A DNA stretch of 34,272 nt from Blastocatellia bacterium (GTDB taxonomy: Bacteria > Acidobacteriota > Blastocatellia > Chloracidobacteriales > JADJPF01): the NCBI GenBank assembly GCA_039812885.1, contig JBDIBI010000015.1, positions 126,878 through 161,149 of the forward strand, in the 5' to 3' direction. Positions 1 to 8,938 of the stretch are shown here, piece by piece (positions within the stretch are counted from its first letter, which is position 1; every line of letters begins with the position of its first letter). The translations under genes were made by a program, and so were the position numbers. The notes under the pieces are model-generated. The model made no database searches. It saw only the letters and a list, made by a program, of their open reading frames with translations, and was not told the DNA's origin.

Positions 1-134
1 CATTTCTCTTTATTGCGACTTACCACTATAACCTTTGCACCTAATTCCGCTAAACTTTGAGCTGTTACTTTACCTATACCAGCAGTAGCTCCTGTTACTA
101 GGCAAATTTTATTAAGCATATTTTTGCTACTCAT
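1..134 (-). CDS. Short-chain dehydrogenase/reductase (SDR) family oxidoreductase, N-terminal fragment; the gene runs off the window start
   Basis: Reverse complement of 1..134 reads MSSKNMLNKICLVTGATAGIGKVTAQSLAELGAKVIVVSRNKEK, i.e. a TGxxxGIG Rossmann NAD(P)-binding motif followed by a conserved basic patch, as in classical SDRs. It is absent from the ORF track only because it is truncated. The ATG is at 134..132. Confidence 0.6.
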   Translation of the reverse strand, partial: MSSKNMLNKICLVTGATAGIGKVTAQSLAELGAKVIVVSRNKEK

Positions 135-226
135 AAGATTTTTCTGATCAATAAAAATTTTTATGACAATTTTTAAATAAATGGTAATAACGTAACAGTA
201 TTTTACAGTAAAAGGAAATATTAATT

Positions 227-826
227 ATGTTAATAACACAATCAGAACTACTTATTGATCACCCAGATAGGCTAAAATGGAATCAAAAATATTCACAATA
301 TTCTTCTGAAAAAATTTTACCCCATCCAATTTTATCAACAATACAAACTCTAAATTTACCTCAAGCCCCAATTTTAGAAATTGCTTGTGGATTATCTGGT
401 AATGTTATTTCATTGGCAAGATTAGGTTACAGTATTTTAGCTATAGATATTTCTGAAGTAGCACTTAATTCCCTTACTAATATACTTAAAGAAAATAATC
501 TAGAACACAAAGTAACTTTAATACAAGCAGATTTAGGTAGTTATGATATACCTAAAGAAAGCTTTGCTTTAATTTTAGGGGTAAAATATTGGGATAAAAA
601 TATTTTTAAAAAAGCTTGTCATGGAGTAATGGCTGGTGGAATATTAGCTTGGGAAACTTTTAATAAAAAGCATTTATGTTATCATCCAAATTTTAATTCT
701 AAGTGGTGTTTAGAAGAAGATGAACCAGCAAGCTTGTTGCCAAACGGGTTTGAAGTAATGGTTGAAGAAGATTTTGACACTACAAATACACGTCGTCTAA
801 TTGCAAGATATAAAAATAAGGATTAA
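227..826 (+). CDS. Class I SAM-dependent methyltransferase (TehB-like)
   Basis: The 199-aa ORF has the glycine-rich motif I ILEIACGLSGNVISLARLGY followed by an acidic motif II ILAIDIS and a motif IV-like ALILGV. It is preceded by AAGGAAA 7 nt upstream of the ATG. Confidence 0.6.
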   Translation: MLITQSELLIDHPDRLKWNQKYSQYSSEKILPHPILSTIQTLNLPQAPILEIACGLSGNVISLARLGYSILAIDISEVALNSLTNILKENNLEHKVTLIQADLGSYDIPKESFALILGVKYWDKNIFKKACHGVMAGGILAWETFNKKHLCYHPNFNSKWCLEEDEPASLLPNGFEVMVEEDFDTTNTRRLIARYKNKD

Positions 827-830
827 TTCT

Positions 831-1811
831 ATGAAATATATGAATCTAGGCCATTCAGGGCTACAAGTTTCTCGTATTTGTCTTGGTTGTATGTCTTTTG
901 GAAGCAAAAAATGGCGAGAGTGGGTTATAGAAGAAGAAGAATCACGTCCAGTTATAAAAAAGGCTTTAGAGTTAGGTATTAATTTTTTTGATACAGCTAA
1001 TATGTATTCTTTAGGTGTTAGTGAAGAAATTGTAGGTCGAGCACTAAAAGATTTTACTAGTAGAGATGAAGTAGTAATAGCAACAAAAGTATTTTTTCCT
1101 ATGAATGAAAAACCTAATCAAGGAGGACTTTCACGTAAACATATTTTTGCTTCTTTAGATGCTTCACTAAAACGACTAGGAACAGATTATGTTGATCTTT
1201 ATCAAATTCATCGTTGGGATTATAACACTCCAATAGAAGAAACTATGGAGGCATTAAATGATTTAGTGAAAATGGGAAAAGTCCGTTATTTAGGCGCTTC
1301 TAGTATGTTTGCTTGGCAGTTAGCTAAAGCCGTTTATATATCTAGGCATAATGGCTGGAGTAGTTTTATTAGTATGCAAAACCACTATAATTTGGCTTAT
1401 CGCGAAGAAGAGCGTGAAATGATACCATTTTGCCGAGAAGAAGGAATAGGATTAATACCTTGGAGTCCTCTTGCTCGTGGATTGCTTTCTGGGAACCGCA
1501 CTTTAGATGGTCAAGCTAAGACACTAAGAGCAGCAACAGATGACTTTGCTAAGAAGCTTTACTATTCAGCGGGAGATTTTCTTATAGCCGATCGTGTTGC
1601 AGAACTAGCTGCTAAAAAAGACATCACTCCATCTCAACTAGCTTTAGGATGGCTTTTAAATAAACCAGCTGTAGTAGCCCCAATTATTGGAACTAGTAAA
1701 CCCACACAACTAGAAGAAGCTACTAAGGCTTTATCTGTAACTATATCTACTGAAGAAGAAAAATTTTTAGAAGAACCTTATCAACCTCATACAATATTAG
1801 GTCATAGTTGA
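831..1811 (+). CDS. Aldo/keto reductase family oxidoreductase
   Basis: Family hallmarks are MNLGHSGLQVSRICLGCMSFG, INFFDTANMY, GTDYVDLYQIHRWD and IGTSKPTQLEEA. The start is moved from the ORF-track 801 to the ATG at 831, which has AAGGA 9 nt upstream and avoids overlap with the upstream gene's stop at 826. Confidence 0.8.
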   Translation: MKYMNLGHSGLQVSRICLGCMSFGSKKWREWVIEEEESRPVIKKALELGINFFDTANMYSLGVSEEIVGRALKDFTSRDEVVIATKVFFPMNEKPNQGGLSRKHIFASLDASLKRLGTDYVDLYQIHRWDYNTPIEETMEALNDLVKMGKVRYLGASSMFAWQLAKAVYISRHNGWSSFISMQNHYNLAYREEEREMIPFCREEGIGLIPWSPLARGLLSGNRTLDGQAKTLRAATDDFAKKLYYSAGDFLIADRVAELAAKKDITPSQLALGWLLNKPAVVAPIIGTSKPTQLEEATKALSVTISTEEEKFLEEPYQPHTILGHS

Positions 1812-1875
1812 TGAGTAAAAGTAATATAAAAGTTTTCTAGATTAAAATTTTAAGCGAAAGTTACATTTTTCGAAT

Positions 1876-1904
1876 TTTTATTCAGCTAAGGCTTATGTTA
1901 TACT
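1876..1904 (+). promoter_or_regulatory. Candidate sigma70-type promoter with extended -10 (TGTTATACT) for the kinase-FHA gene
   Basis: TGnTATACT lies at 1896..1904 with a weak -35 (TTTTAT) 17 nt upstream. It sits in the 210-nt intergenic region before the ATG at 2022. This is sequence-pattern evidence only. Confidence 0.3.
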
Positions 1905-2021
1905 CTGTTTCTTAGCAAAACCCAAGTTTTAAAGAATTCATTTACCAAAAATCAAATCTTTTCTACTTCATCATAAGGAGTAAGGGGCGTTTACTTGCAT
2001 AGCTAGGTACGCTAGAGATCT

Positions 2022-3239
2022 ATGACCGAACAAAGCGAACAATTAGCAGCTGGCACAGTTCTAGTTAATCGATACACGATTGTTAAACGGCTTGGTGGAG
2101 GAGGTATGGGAAATGTTTATCTAGCAACAGATAAACATTTGGCAGAAGCACACCGAGCTGTTAAAGAAATGATTGGCCGATTTTCTGATGAAGCATCCAA
2201 AAAAAAGGCGATAGAAGATTTTAAGCGAGAAGCTAATGTTTTGTCTTCTTTGGAACACCCTTCTATTCCTACTGTTTTTGACTATTTTGCTAGTGATGAT
2301 GGCCGTTATTACTTGGTAATGAAATATATTCAAGGTCGTGATTTAGAGGAAGAACTAAATGCAGCAAAGGCTGCTGGTCAGAATTTTCTACCAGAAGCTA
2401 CTGTAGTAAATTGGGCAATTCAATTATGTGAAGTATTTGACTACATTCACAGCCTAGATCCTCCTATTATTTATCGTGACATGAAACCTGCAAATGTTAT
2501 GGTTGACTCTAAGCTTAAACGAGCTATGTTAGTCGACTTTGGTATTGCTAGAGTTGTTGCCCCGACTCAGAAAAATGTTACTGCAATAGGAACAATGGGT
2601 TATGCTCCTCCAGAACTCTTTGCTGGTAAAGTTGAAGCACGTTCTGATATCTACTCTTTAGGTGCAACTATGTTTCACCTTTTAACAGGAGAAGATCCTC
2701 AAGCTAATCCTCTACTACTTTTTGATTTCAGTCGTTTCCCAAGACCAATTCAAATCAATCCTTCGTTAACCAAGACAATTGACGAAATTATTGCTAAGTG
2801 TGTTGCTCATAAGCCTACAGATAGATTTAAATCTGCTGCAGAAATGAAACAAACACTAGAAAAACATCGGTTTGCATTAGAATCAGGAGAAGCTACCAAA
2901 CCTAAAAACCCTGTGGGAGTTTTAAAAATAGTTCTTAGCGGTTCTGGACACCAAGCTACTTTTGAAATAAGCAAAGAAACTAACTTAATTGGTCGTCATG
3001 ATCCTGCTCGAGGCATTACACCAGAAATTGACTTAGGTCAATTTGATAGCTCTGGTAGAGTTTCTCGCCGACATGCAACAATTCATATCCAAGGTGGTAA
3101 TTTCTTTATAGAAGACTTAGGAAGTGCTAATGGTAGTACATTAAATCAAGTACCCTTACCATCACAAGAACGCAAGCCTCTAAAACCTGGAGATCAAATC
3201 CATATAGGCGAAACAGTTCTAGAGTTTTCTATTAAGTAA
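2022..3239 (+). CDS. Ser/Thr protein kinase (Hanks-type) with C-terminal FHA domain
   Basis: Kinase motifs are the G-loop GGGGMGNVY, the lysine in AVKEM, the catalytic loop YRDMKPANVMV, DFG, and GTMGYAPPE. The C-terminal roughly 100 aa form an FHA domain (LIGRH...GRVSRRHATI...FFIEDLGSANGSTLN). Confidence 0.85.
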   Translation: MTEQSEQLAAGTVLVNRYTIVKRLGGGGMGNVYLATDKHLAEAHRAVKEMIGRFSDEASKKKAIEDFKREANVLSSLEHPSIPTVFDYFASDDGRYYLVMKYIQGRDLEEELNAAKAAGQNFLPEATVVNWAIQLCEVFDYIHSLDPPIIYRDMKPANVMVDSKLKRAMLVDFGIARVVAPTQKNVTAIGTMGYAPPELFAGKVEARSDIYSLGATMFHLLTGEDPQANPLLLFDFSRFPRPIQINPSLTKTIDEIIAKCVAHKPTDRFKSAAEMKQTLEKHRFALESGEATKPKNPVGVLKIVLSGSGHQATFEISKETNLIGRHDPARGITPEIDLGQFDSSGRVSRRHATIHIQGGNFFIEDLGSANGSTLNQVPLPSQERKPLKPGDQIHIGETVLEFSIK

Positions 3240-3270
3240 TATTAGAGTAGCAAGTTTTATAATAAAGTAT

Positions 3271-3303
3271 AAAAAAGAGTAGAATTGTTTCTACTCTTTT
3301 TTT
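3271..3303. terminator. Bidirectional rho-independent terminator between the convergent kinase-FHA and metallophosphoesterase genes
   Basis: AAAAAAGAGTAGAA-TTGT-TTCTACTCTTTTTTT forms a 10-bp stem and 4-nt loop, flanked by an A-run on one side and a T-run on the other. Confidence 0.75.
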
Positions 3304-4217
3304 ATTTTTAAGATGACGATTTCTGGAGGAACACAAAAGCGTACTGGAATAATGCTAGTTCCAATCCCAGTACTTACATAAAGATGACGATTATTTTCTA
3401 TTACATGCCCAGCAGCATAACGTTGTCCAAAGCTAGAAGGAATACTAGGCCGACCTAAGAAAGGGAGTTTTATCTGGCCTCCATGAGTATGTCCAGATAA
3501 AGTTAAACTCACCTTATCTGGAATTTCAGGAAAGATATCTGGATTGTGGCTTAGCATTAAAATTGGATCATCACTAGTTTTGGCTAAGGCTTTTATTATA
3601 TTTGGAGGGTCATCTCTTTTCCAAAAGTCCATTAACCCTGCAACCCAAAAACTTTTTCCATCTTTGGTTAATTCGACAGAATCATTTTTTAACACATTGA
3701 TATTAACTTGTTCTAAAGCTGTTTTTAGTGTATTTCCTGTTCCATCTAACCACCAATCATGATTACCCAAAATAGCTATAACACCTAAAGGAGCTTTTAA
3801 TTCTTTTAGTTTTTGAGCAATTTTATCTGGCTCAGCAAAAAAACCAAACTTCTTATAATTAGGGCTAGAAACAACTGTATCTCCTAAAATCATTATTAAA
3901 TCAGGAGATTGTTTATTTGTCTCTGAAACAATAAAGGCTAATCTATCTAAACTTACATGAGGAGATCCTACATGAAGATCTGTTAGAATCGCAATTCTTA
4001 AGCCATTATGTTCTTGGTGCCACTTCCCTATTGATAAATCTACATTTTTAATTACTAGCCGAGAAGGCTCTATCCAAAAAGCCCATACACCTAAAACTAA
4101 GCCTAAAAGAACAAAAAATAAACTAGCAAGTCCTAAGAGTTGTTTTATCTTTTTTCTATAAGAAACTGTTTTTACGACTATTTGCTTTATTTTATCATCA
4201 TCCAAGGAGTCTGACAT
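3291..4217 (-). CDS. Membrane-anchored calcineurin-like metallophosphoesterase (YkuE-like)
   Basis: There is an N-terminal TM helix (LLGLASLFFVLLGLVLGVWAFW) and the metallophosphoesterase motifs ILTDLHVG, GDTV, GNHD, SHNP and GHTHGG. The ATG at 4217 is preferred; the ORF-track start at 4247 is a TTG that would overlap msrB by 23 nt. Confidence 0.75.
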   Translation of the reverse strand: MSDSLDDDKIKQIVVKTVSYRKKIKQLLGLASLFFVLLGLVLGVWAFWIEPSRLVIKNVDLSIGKWHQEHNGLRIAILTDLHVGSPHVSLDRLAFIVSETNKQSPDLIMILGDTVVSSPNYKKFGFFAEPDKIAQKLKELKAPLGVIAILGNHDWWLDGTGNTLKTALEQVNINVLKNDSVELTKDGKSFWVAGLMDFWKRDDPPNIIKALAKTSDDPILMLSHNPDIFPEIPDKVSLTLSGHTHGGQIKLPFLGRPSIPSSFGQRYAAGHVIENNRHLYVSTGIGTSIIPVRFCVPPEIVILKIKKE

Positions 4218-4224
4218 AAATACA

Positions 4225-4629
4225 CTAGTCTGAATCTTTAGGTACAAACTTTAGAGATATAGAATTAATACAATAACGTAAGAAAGTTGGAGCAGGGCCA
4301 TCTTCAAAAACATGTCCTAGATGAGCATCACATTTGCTACATAAAATTTCTTCTCTAACCATAAAGTGGCTATGATCTTGCTCTATTTTTACACTTTCCT
4401 GAGTAACGGGTTCCCAAAAGCTAGGCCAACCACTACCAGAGTTATATTTTGTTTCAGAATTAAACAACTCATTTCCACAACATACACAAAGGTATTTGCC
4501 CTCTTTTTTGTTGTGATAATATTCTCCAGAAAATGGAGCTTCAGTAGCTTTTTTTCTGCAAACCTGGTATTGCTCAAAAGTTAATTCTTTTTTCCATTCT
4601 TCGTCTGATTTAATGACTTTATCGCTCAT
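4225..4629 (-). CDS. msrB: Peptide methionine-(R)-S-oxide reductase MsrB
   Basis: There are two CxxC zinc motifs (CVCCGNELF and [12 protein letters not shown]) and the catalytic signature GHVFEDGP...RYCINS. The ATG at 4629 is preferred, with GGAG 8 nt upstream; the track's 4641 start is a TTG. Confidence 0.85.
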   Translation of the reverse strand: MSDKVIKSDEEWKKELTFEQYQVCRKKATEAPFSGEYYHNKKEGKYLCVCCGNELFNSETKYNSGSGWPSFWEPVTQESVKIEQDHSHFMVREEILCSKCDAHLGHVFEDGPAPTFLRYCINSISLKFVPKDSD

Positions 4630-4683
4630 AAAAATCTCCAACTAGATTAGTTCCCAAGTAAGTAGAACTTACTTGGGGTGATT

Positions 4684-5103
4684 TTATTTACAGTATTGTT
4701 CAAAAGCATTTTTTAGATCTGTAGCAATATCGTTTGCATGACGGCCTTCAATTTGGTTACGGTGCATCATATAGACTAGTTTTCCATCTTTTAGCAATGC
4801 AACAGAAGGCGAAGATGGGGGCATTGATTCAAAGTAACTTCTTGCTTTAGCAGTAGCTTCTAGATCTTGGCCTGCAAAAACAGTAGTTAATTTATTAGGT
4901 TTAGTTGAGTTTTCCAAAGCTAACGCAACACCAGGTCTAGCTTTACCAGCAGCACAACCACAAATAGAATTTACTACTACTAAAACAGTTCCAGAAGCAT
5001 TTTTCAAATTTACATCTACTTCTTCTGGAGTACGCATTTCAACAAAACCAATTCGCGTTAACTCTTGACGCATAGGGGCAACCATAATTTCTGGATATGG
5101 CAT
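4684..5103 (-). CDS. Bacilliredoxin-like thioredoxin-fold protein (YphP/YqiW, DUF1094 family) with CGC active site
   Basis: The 139-aa ORF has the VVNSICGCAAG CGC redox motif typical of BrxA/BrxB bacilliredoxins. GGAGGAG lies 9 nt upstream of the ATG. It is the first gene of the apparent brx-msrB-phosphoesterase operon. Confidence 0.6.
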   Translation of the reverse strand: MPYPEIMVAPMRQELTRIGFVEMRTPEEVDVNLKNASGTVLVVVNSICGCAAGKARPGVALALENSTKPNKLTTVFAGQDLEATAKARSYFESMPPSSPSVALLKDGKLVYMMHRNQIEGRHANDIATDLKNAFEQYCK

Positions 5104-5668
5104 GCAATAATCTCCTCCTTATATTATTTATCCTATTAAGATAAGTAAAAACTTACCTTAAGCTAACAATTGATAGCTAAGTTATAAACAAAGTTATTCT
5201 TAAAAATTAGATTAAAAAAGAATAAAACACTATCTAAGCTTTAACTAGAAAACATTGCAAATTTTTACCAATGTGCTTATTTGACTTCCTTTGACTCTTT
5301 ATTTTTAGCTTCTTGCTTCCAAAATATCATTTCTAAAAGGCTTATACCTGTTTTTATCTCTTGACAAATTTTTACTCATTCTATTATCTTAAATAAAAAT
5401 GAAAAGCATTTTCATTTTCTATAAAAATAAAAACAAAAAAAGCGTCCTGATTGAATACAAGACGCTAGTTCAGTCATAAAAACAAAACTCCAAGAAATAA
5501 GCTTAATGGGCATCAAGCATCACTTGGAGTAGATTACCTTCTTTTGAAAGGATCCACTGTATGTGTAACACACTTATTTTTCTCAAGCAAGGGAAAAACC
5601 TTGTTAGGGAAATTTCTTCTCGCTTTAGACCTTCCCAACAAATAAAAGCACTTTCTAGTAAATTGGGT

Positions 5669-7597
5669 ATGTCTCTAGTATTACTTTGTTTATTATCAAG
5701 TAGTTATAGTTTGTCTTTAGCTCTAGCACTAGCTAATATTTCTGGACATTTGGCAGATCAAAATGGTTTACCAATTAGAGGAGCTAATATAATTTTGCAA
5801 TCTCAATTAATTGCAAATGAACAAAATGTTGTTAGTAATGGCGAAGGAATGTTTTTCTTTAAAAATTTACCTGAAGGTAAATATAAACTGATTATTACTG
5901 CACAAGATTATCTTCCTATAATTAAAACTATCTCTTTGCCATTATCAGACTCAAAAGAACTAGACTTAACTCTTTCTACAATTAATAAAAATTCTTCTAA
6001 CACAACTACTTCAACATCAGAAGTAGAACAACTTCGTCAACAATTAATTCAAACTACTCAACAACTTAACCAAACCAACCAACAAGTTGAAAAACTTGCA
6101 GCGTTAGTTCAACAATTGCAAGCTAAAATAGATAAAGCTGAAAGTAAGCCTGAAGAAACTATTGGTTTATCTGCCAATGTTTCATCTGTATCTGTTGCAT
6201 CTACTAAACCTGTAGTAAATGAACCTGCTAAGAAAACAGGTATTCTTGCAGGACTTATACATAGCAACAACCCCCAAAATGATGGGCAATCTCAAGATCC
6301 AAATTCTATTGATAAATTAATTAAACCTAAAGCCGAAGGTGGACAGTTTTCTGGCTCTCAAGGTTTGCTTAAAACAGATAGAGTAAAAGTAGGTGGTTAT
6401 CTTGGATTTCGCTATCAAACTCGTGGGTTAGATGATGGTGTTGAAATACAAGAAAATGTTGATGAAGCAAATGCAGGAATGACTGCGGATACTAATTTTA
6501 AGCGTTCTGGCTTTGTTAACAGTCGTTTAGTATTAGGAATTGCTGCGACTTTAGCTCCAAAACTATTATTTAACAGTGAAATTGAATATGAATTTGCTGG
6601 CAAAGAAGTAGATATAGAACAAGCTTATGTTGAATACCAATTTCACCCTACATTTAACTTTAGAGGTGGTGTAATTGTTCCTCCACTAGGCCGATTTAAC
6701 TTGTTCCACGATGATAACTTACAAGACATTGCTACCCGTCCTCTAGTAAGCACTTTTGTTATTCCATCCACCTACAAAGATGCTGGAGTAGGTTTCTTAG
6801 GGAGTGTTAACATAGGTAAACGTTCTAAATTAAGCTATGAGGGTTATGTAGTAAATGGTTTGCGCAGCGATGAAGGAGGAGAATTTGCTCGTGAAGCAGG
6901 GTTATTTGAGTCAAAAGACAACAATAGATTTTTTGATAACAACCCTCAAAAGTCTGTAGTTGGACGCTTAGTATTTAGCCCTATAATAGGATTAGAATTA
7001 GGTGCATCTGGCTACAGGGGCAAACATGATAATCAAGGAAGATATGATTTATCTATTTTTTCCTATGATTGGAAATTTACTCGTGGAGACTTTCAAGTTA
7101 TTGGAGAATATGCTCGTGCTGCTATAGGTAGAGCACCTGAGACAGATCAAGAATTAGCAGCAAAAGCTTTTCTTCAATCTCTACCTAAGGGAAATTACAC
7201 AAACACCTTTGAATTTTTAGATGAAAACATTAATGAGCCTATTTTTGATAAATCTGCTCGTTCTACTGATGGTTTATACGTTGAGGCACGTTATCGTTTT
7301 CGTCCTCGTTGGTTTACTTCTCGCACAAGTGAAGAAGGGTCAATAGCTCCTGTATTTCGTTTTGATCAAGTTAATTTTGACCGTTCTTACAAAAACTTTA
7401 GTTTCCCATTAAATCAACGCCGCTACAGTATGGGACTATCAATTCGTCCTGTTGAAGCAACTACATTTAATTTCACCTATAACTTTAACCGTAAGCCAGA
7501 TTTATTTTTACGTTTGCCTGATGGTAGACCATTTGGTCCTTATTTTACAAACTTAGGTGTCAATAGCTTTAGTTTTGGAATGGCTGTAGCATTTTAA
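5669..7597 (+). CDS. Outer-membrane beta-barrel protein (porin-like) with an N-terminal CarbopepD_reg-like domain and coiled coil
   Basis: The signal peptide is MSLVLLCLLSSSYSLSLALALA. It is followed by a carboxypeptidase-regulatory-like beta-sandwich (GHLADQNGLPIRGANIIL...EGKYKLIITAQDY), a Q-rich coiled coil, then about 400 aa of alternating amphipathic strands ending ...FSFGMAVAF, which is the OMP terminal-Phe signature. The alternative upstream ATG at 5561 (AAGGA 7 nt upstream) would add a 36-aa basic N-extension. Confidence 0.6.
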   Translation: MSLVLLCLLSSSYSLSLALALANISGHLADQNGLPIRGANIILQSQLIANEQNVVSNGEGMFFFKNLPEGKYKLIITAQDYLPIIKTISLPLSDSKELDLTLSTINKNSSNTTTSTSEVEQLRQQLIQTTQQLNQTNQQVEKLAALVQQLQAKIDKAESKPEETIGLSANVSSVSVASTKPVVNEPAKKTGILAGLIHSNNPQNDGQSQDPNSIDKLIKPKAEGGQFSGSQGLLKTDRVKVGGYLGFRYQTRGLDDGVEIQENVDEANAGMTADTNFKRSGFVNSRLVLGIAATLAPKLLFNSEIEYEFAGKEVDIEQAYVEYQFHPTFNFRGGVIVPPLGRFNLFHDDNLQDIATRPLVSTFVIPSTYKDAGVGFLGSVNIGKRSKLSYEGYVVNGLRSDEGGEFAREAGLFESKDNNRFFDNNPQKSVVGRLVFSPIIGLELGASGYRGKHDNQGRYDLSIFSYDWKFTRGDFQVIGEYARAAIGRAPETDQELAAKAFLQSLPKGNYTNTFEFLDENINEPIFDKSARSTDGLYVEARYRFRPRWFTSRTSEEGSIAPVFRFDQVNFDRSYKNFSFPLNQRRYSMGLSIRPVEATTFNFTYNFNRKPDLFLRLPDGRPFGPYFTNLGVNSFSFGMAVAF

Positions 7598-7710
7598 CTT
7601 AGTTGGATTTGCTAGTAATCTAGCTAAGTCTTTCTATTTTCTATAAAACCAAATTTCAGATCTCTTTTTAGAGGTCTGAAATTTATTATGTAAAAGTGTT
7701 AAGGAAAATT

Positions 7711-8934
7711 ATGCATTCTTTCAAGAAATTTATACTAGCGACGTTTATAGCTTTTTCTTTTTTATTAACAACTTATGAGCCAACAATAGTAGCTCAACAA
7801 AGCTTTACAGAAGCAATTACAGGTTTTGATAATGAGCCAAATGGCTTAGTCGATAGTGCAAAACATAAAGAAAATCTAGATGTTTTTGCACAAGTAGAAG
7901 GTATAAAAGATGGTATAGGCCCTGTATTTAATTCATTTTCTTGTGGTGAATGTCATTCAAATCCAATTATTGGAGGCAGTAGCCAAATTACAGAACTACG
8001 TGCTGGACATTTTGATGGAAAAAATTTTATTGATCACCCTGGTGGCTCACTAATTCAAAGCCGTGCAATTGATCCATCTATTCAAGAAAAAGTCTTAGAA
8101 GGCAATGAAGTAAGGACATTTAGACTTTCTTTAAGCATTTTAGGAGATGGTTACGTAGAAGCTATTGATGATAATACACTACTTAATATTGCTAAAGAAC
8201 AAGTTAAACTCTCTGGAGGAAAAATTGCGGGTCAGGCGATTTGGGTACCTGTTGAAGAAGCTCCTGGAGTAATGCGTATTGGTCGTTTTGGTTGGAAATG
8301 CCAACAAGCTAGTTTGCTTTCTTTCTCTGGAGATGCTTATGTAAATGAAATGGGAATTACAACTCCACTTTTCCCTCTAGAAAATACATCTAATGGAAAA
8401 TCTATTAGTAAATTTGACAGTTTAGCAGATCCAGATGAAGGTGATAATGATGACTTGGAAACATTTACTGAATTTATGAGAGCCACTAAAGCACCTTCTA
8501 GAGACGCAAAACTAGCTCAAAATCCTAATGCCCAAACTGGAGAAAAACTATTTACTGACATAGGCTGTGCTATTTGCCATGTCAGTAGTTTAACAACGCT
8601 ACCAACAGGTTTTAAGATTAACGGTGGTACATTTACTATACCTGAAGCTTTAGGTAATAAAATAATTCATCCTTATGGGGATTTTCTTTTACATGATATA
8701 GGAACTGGAGATGGAATAGTGCAAAACGGTGGTCAAGAGACTAGAAATAAAGTTCGCACTGTTCCTCTTTGGGGTTTACGCACTCGTAACCGTTTAATGC
8801 ATGATGGTCTTTCTTTAACAGTTAACGAAGCAATCTTGCGGCATGCAGGTGAGTCTAGTTTTGTTATAGATAAATATCGTGCTTTAAGCAAAAAACAACA
8901 ACAGCAAATTTTAACTTTTTTAAGTTCACTATAA
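7711..8934 (+). CDS. Secreted di-haem cytochrome c peroxidase-family protein (CCP/MauG/DUF1111-like)
   Basis: There is a signal peptide and two CxxCH haem motifs (CGECH and CAICH). The C-terminal LRTRNRLMHDGLSLTVNEAILRHAG matches the CCP-family LRN...HDG...EAV.H motif, and GRFGWK is also present. The start is set to the ATG at 7711 (AAGGA 5-6 nt upstream); the track's 7696 is a GTG. Confidence 0.7.
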   Translation: MHSFKKFILATFIAFSFLLTTYEPTIVAQQSFTEAITGFDNEPNGLVDSAKHKENLDVFAQVEGIKDGIGPVFNSFSCGECHSNPIIGGSSQITELRAGHFDGKNFIDHPGGSLIQSRAIDPSIQEKVLEGNEVRTFRLSLSILGDGYVEAIDDNTLLNIAKEQVKLSGGKIAGQAIWVPVEEAPGVMRIGRFGWKCQQASLLSFSGDAYVNEMGITTPLFPLENTSNGKSISKFDSLADPDEGDNDDLETFTEFMRATKAPSRDAKLAQNPNAQTGEKLFTDIGCAICHVSSLTTLPTGFKINGGTFTIPEALGNKIIHPYGDFLLHDIGTGDGIVQNGGQETRNKVRTVPLWGLRTRNRLMHDGLSLTVNEAILRHAGESSFVIDKYRALSKKQQQQILTFLSSL

Positions 8935-8938
8935 TTTT

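Noticed and set aside
5408-5430. AAAATGAAAAGCATTTTCATTTT near-palindrome
   Set aside because: It is an imperfect, entirely A/T hairpin. Such structures occur by chance in AT-rich spacers.
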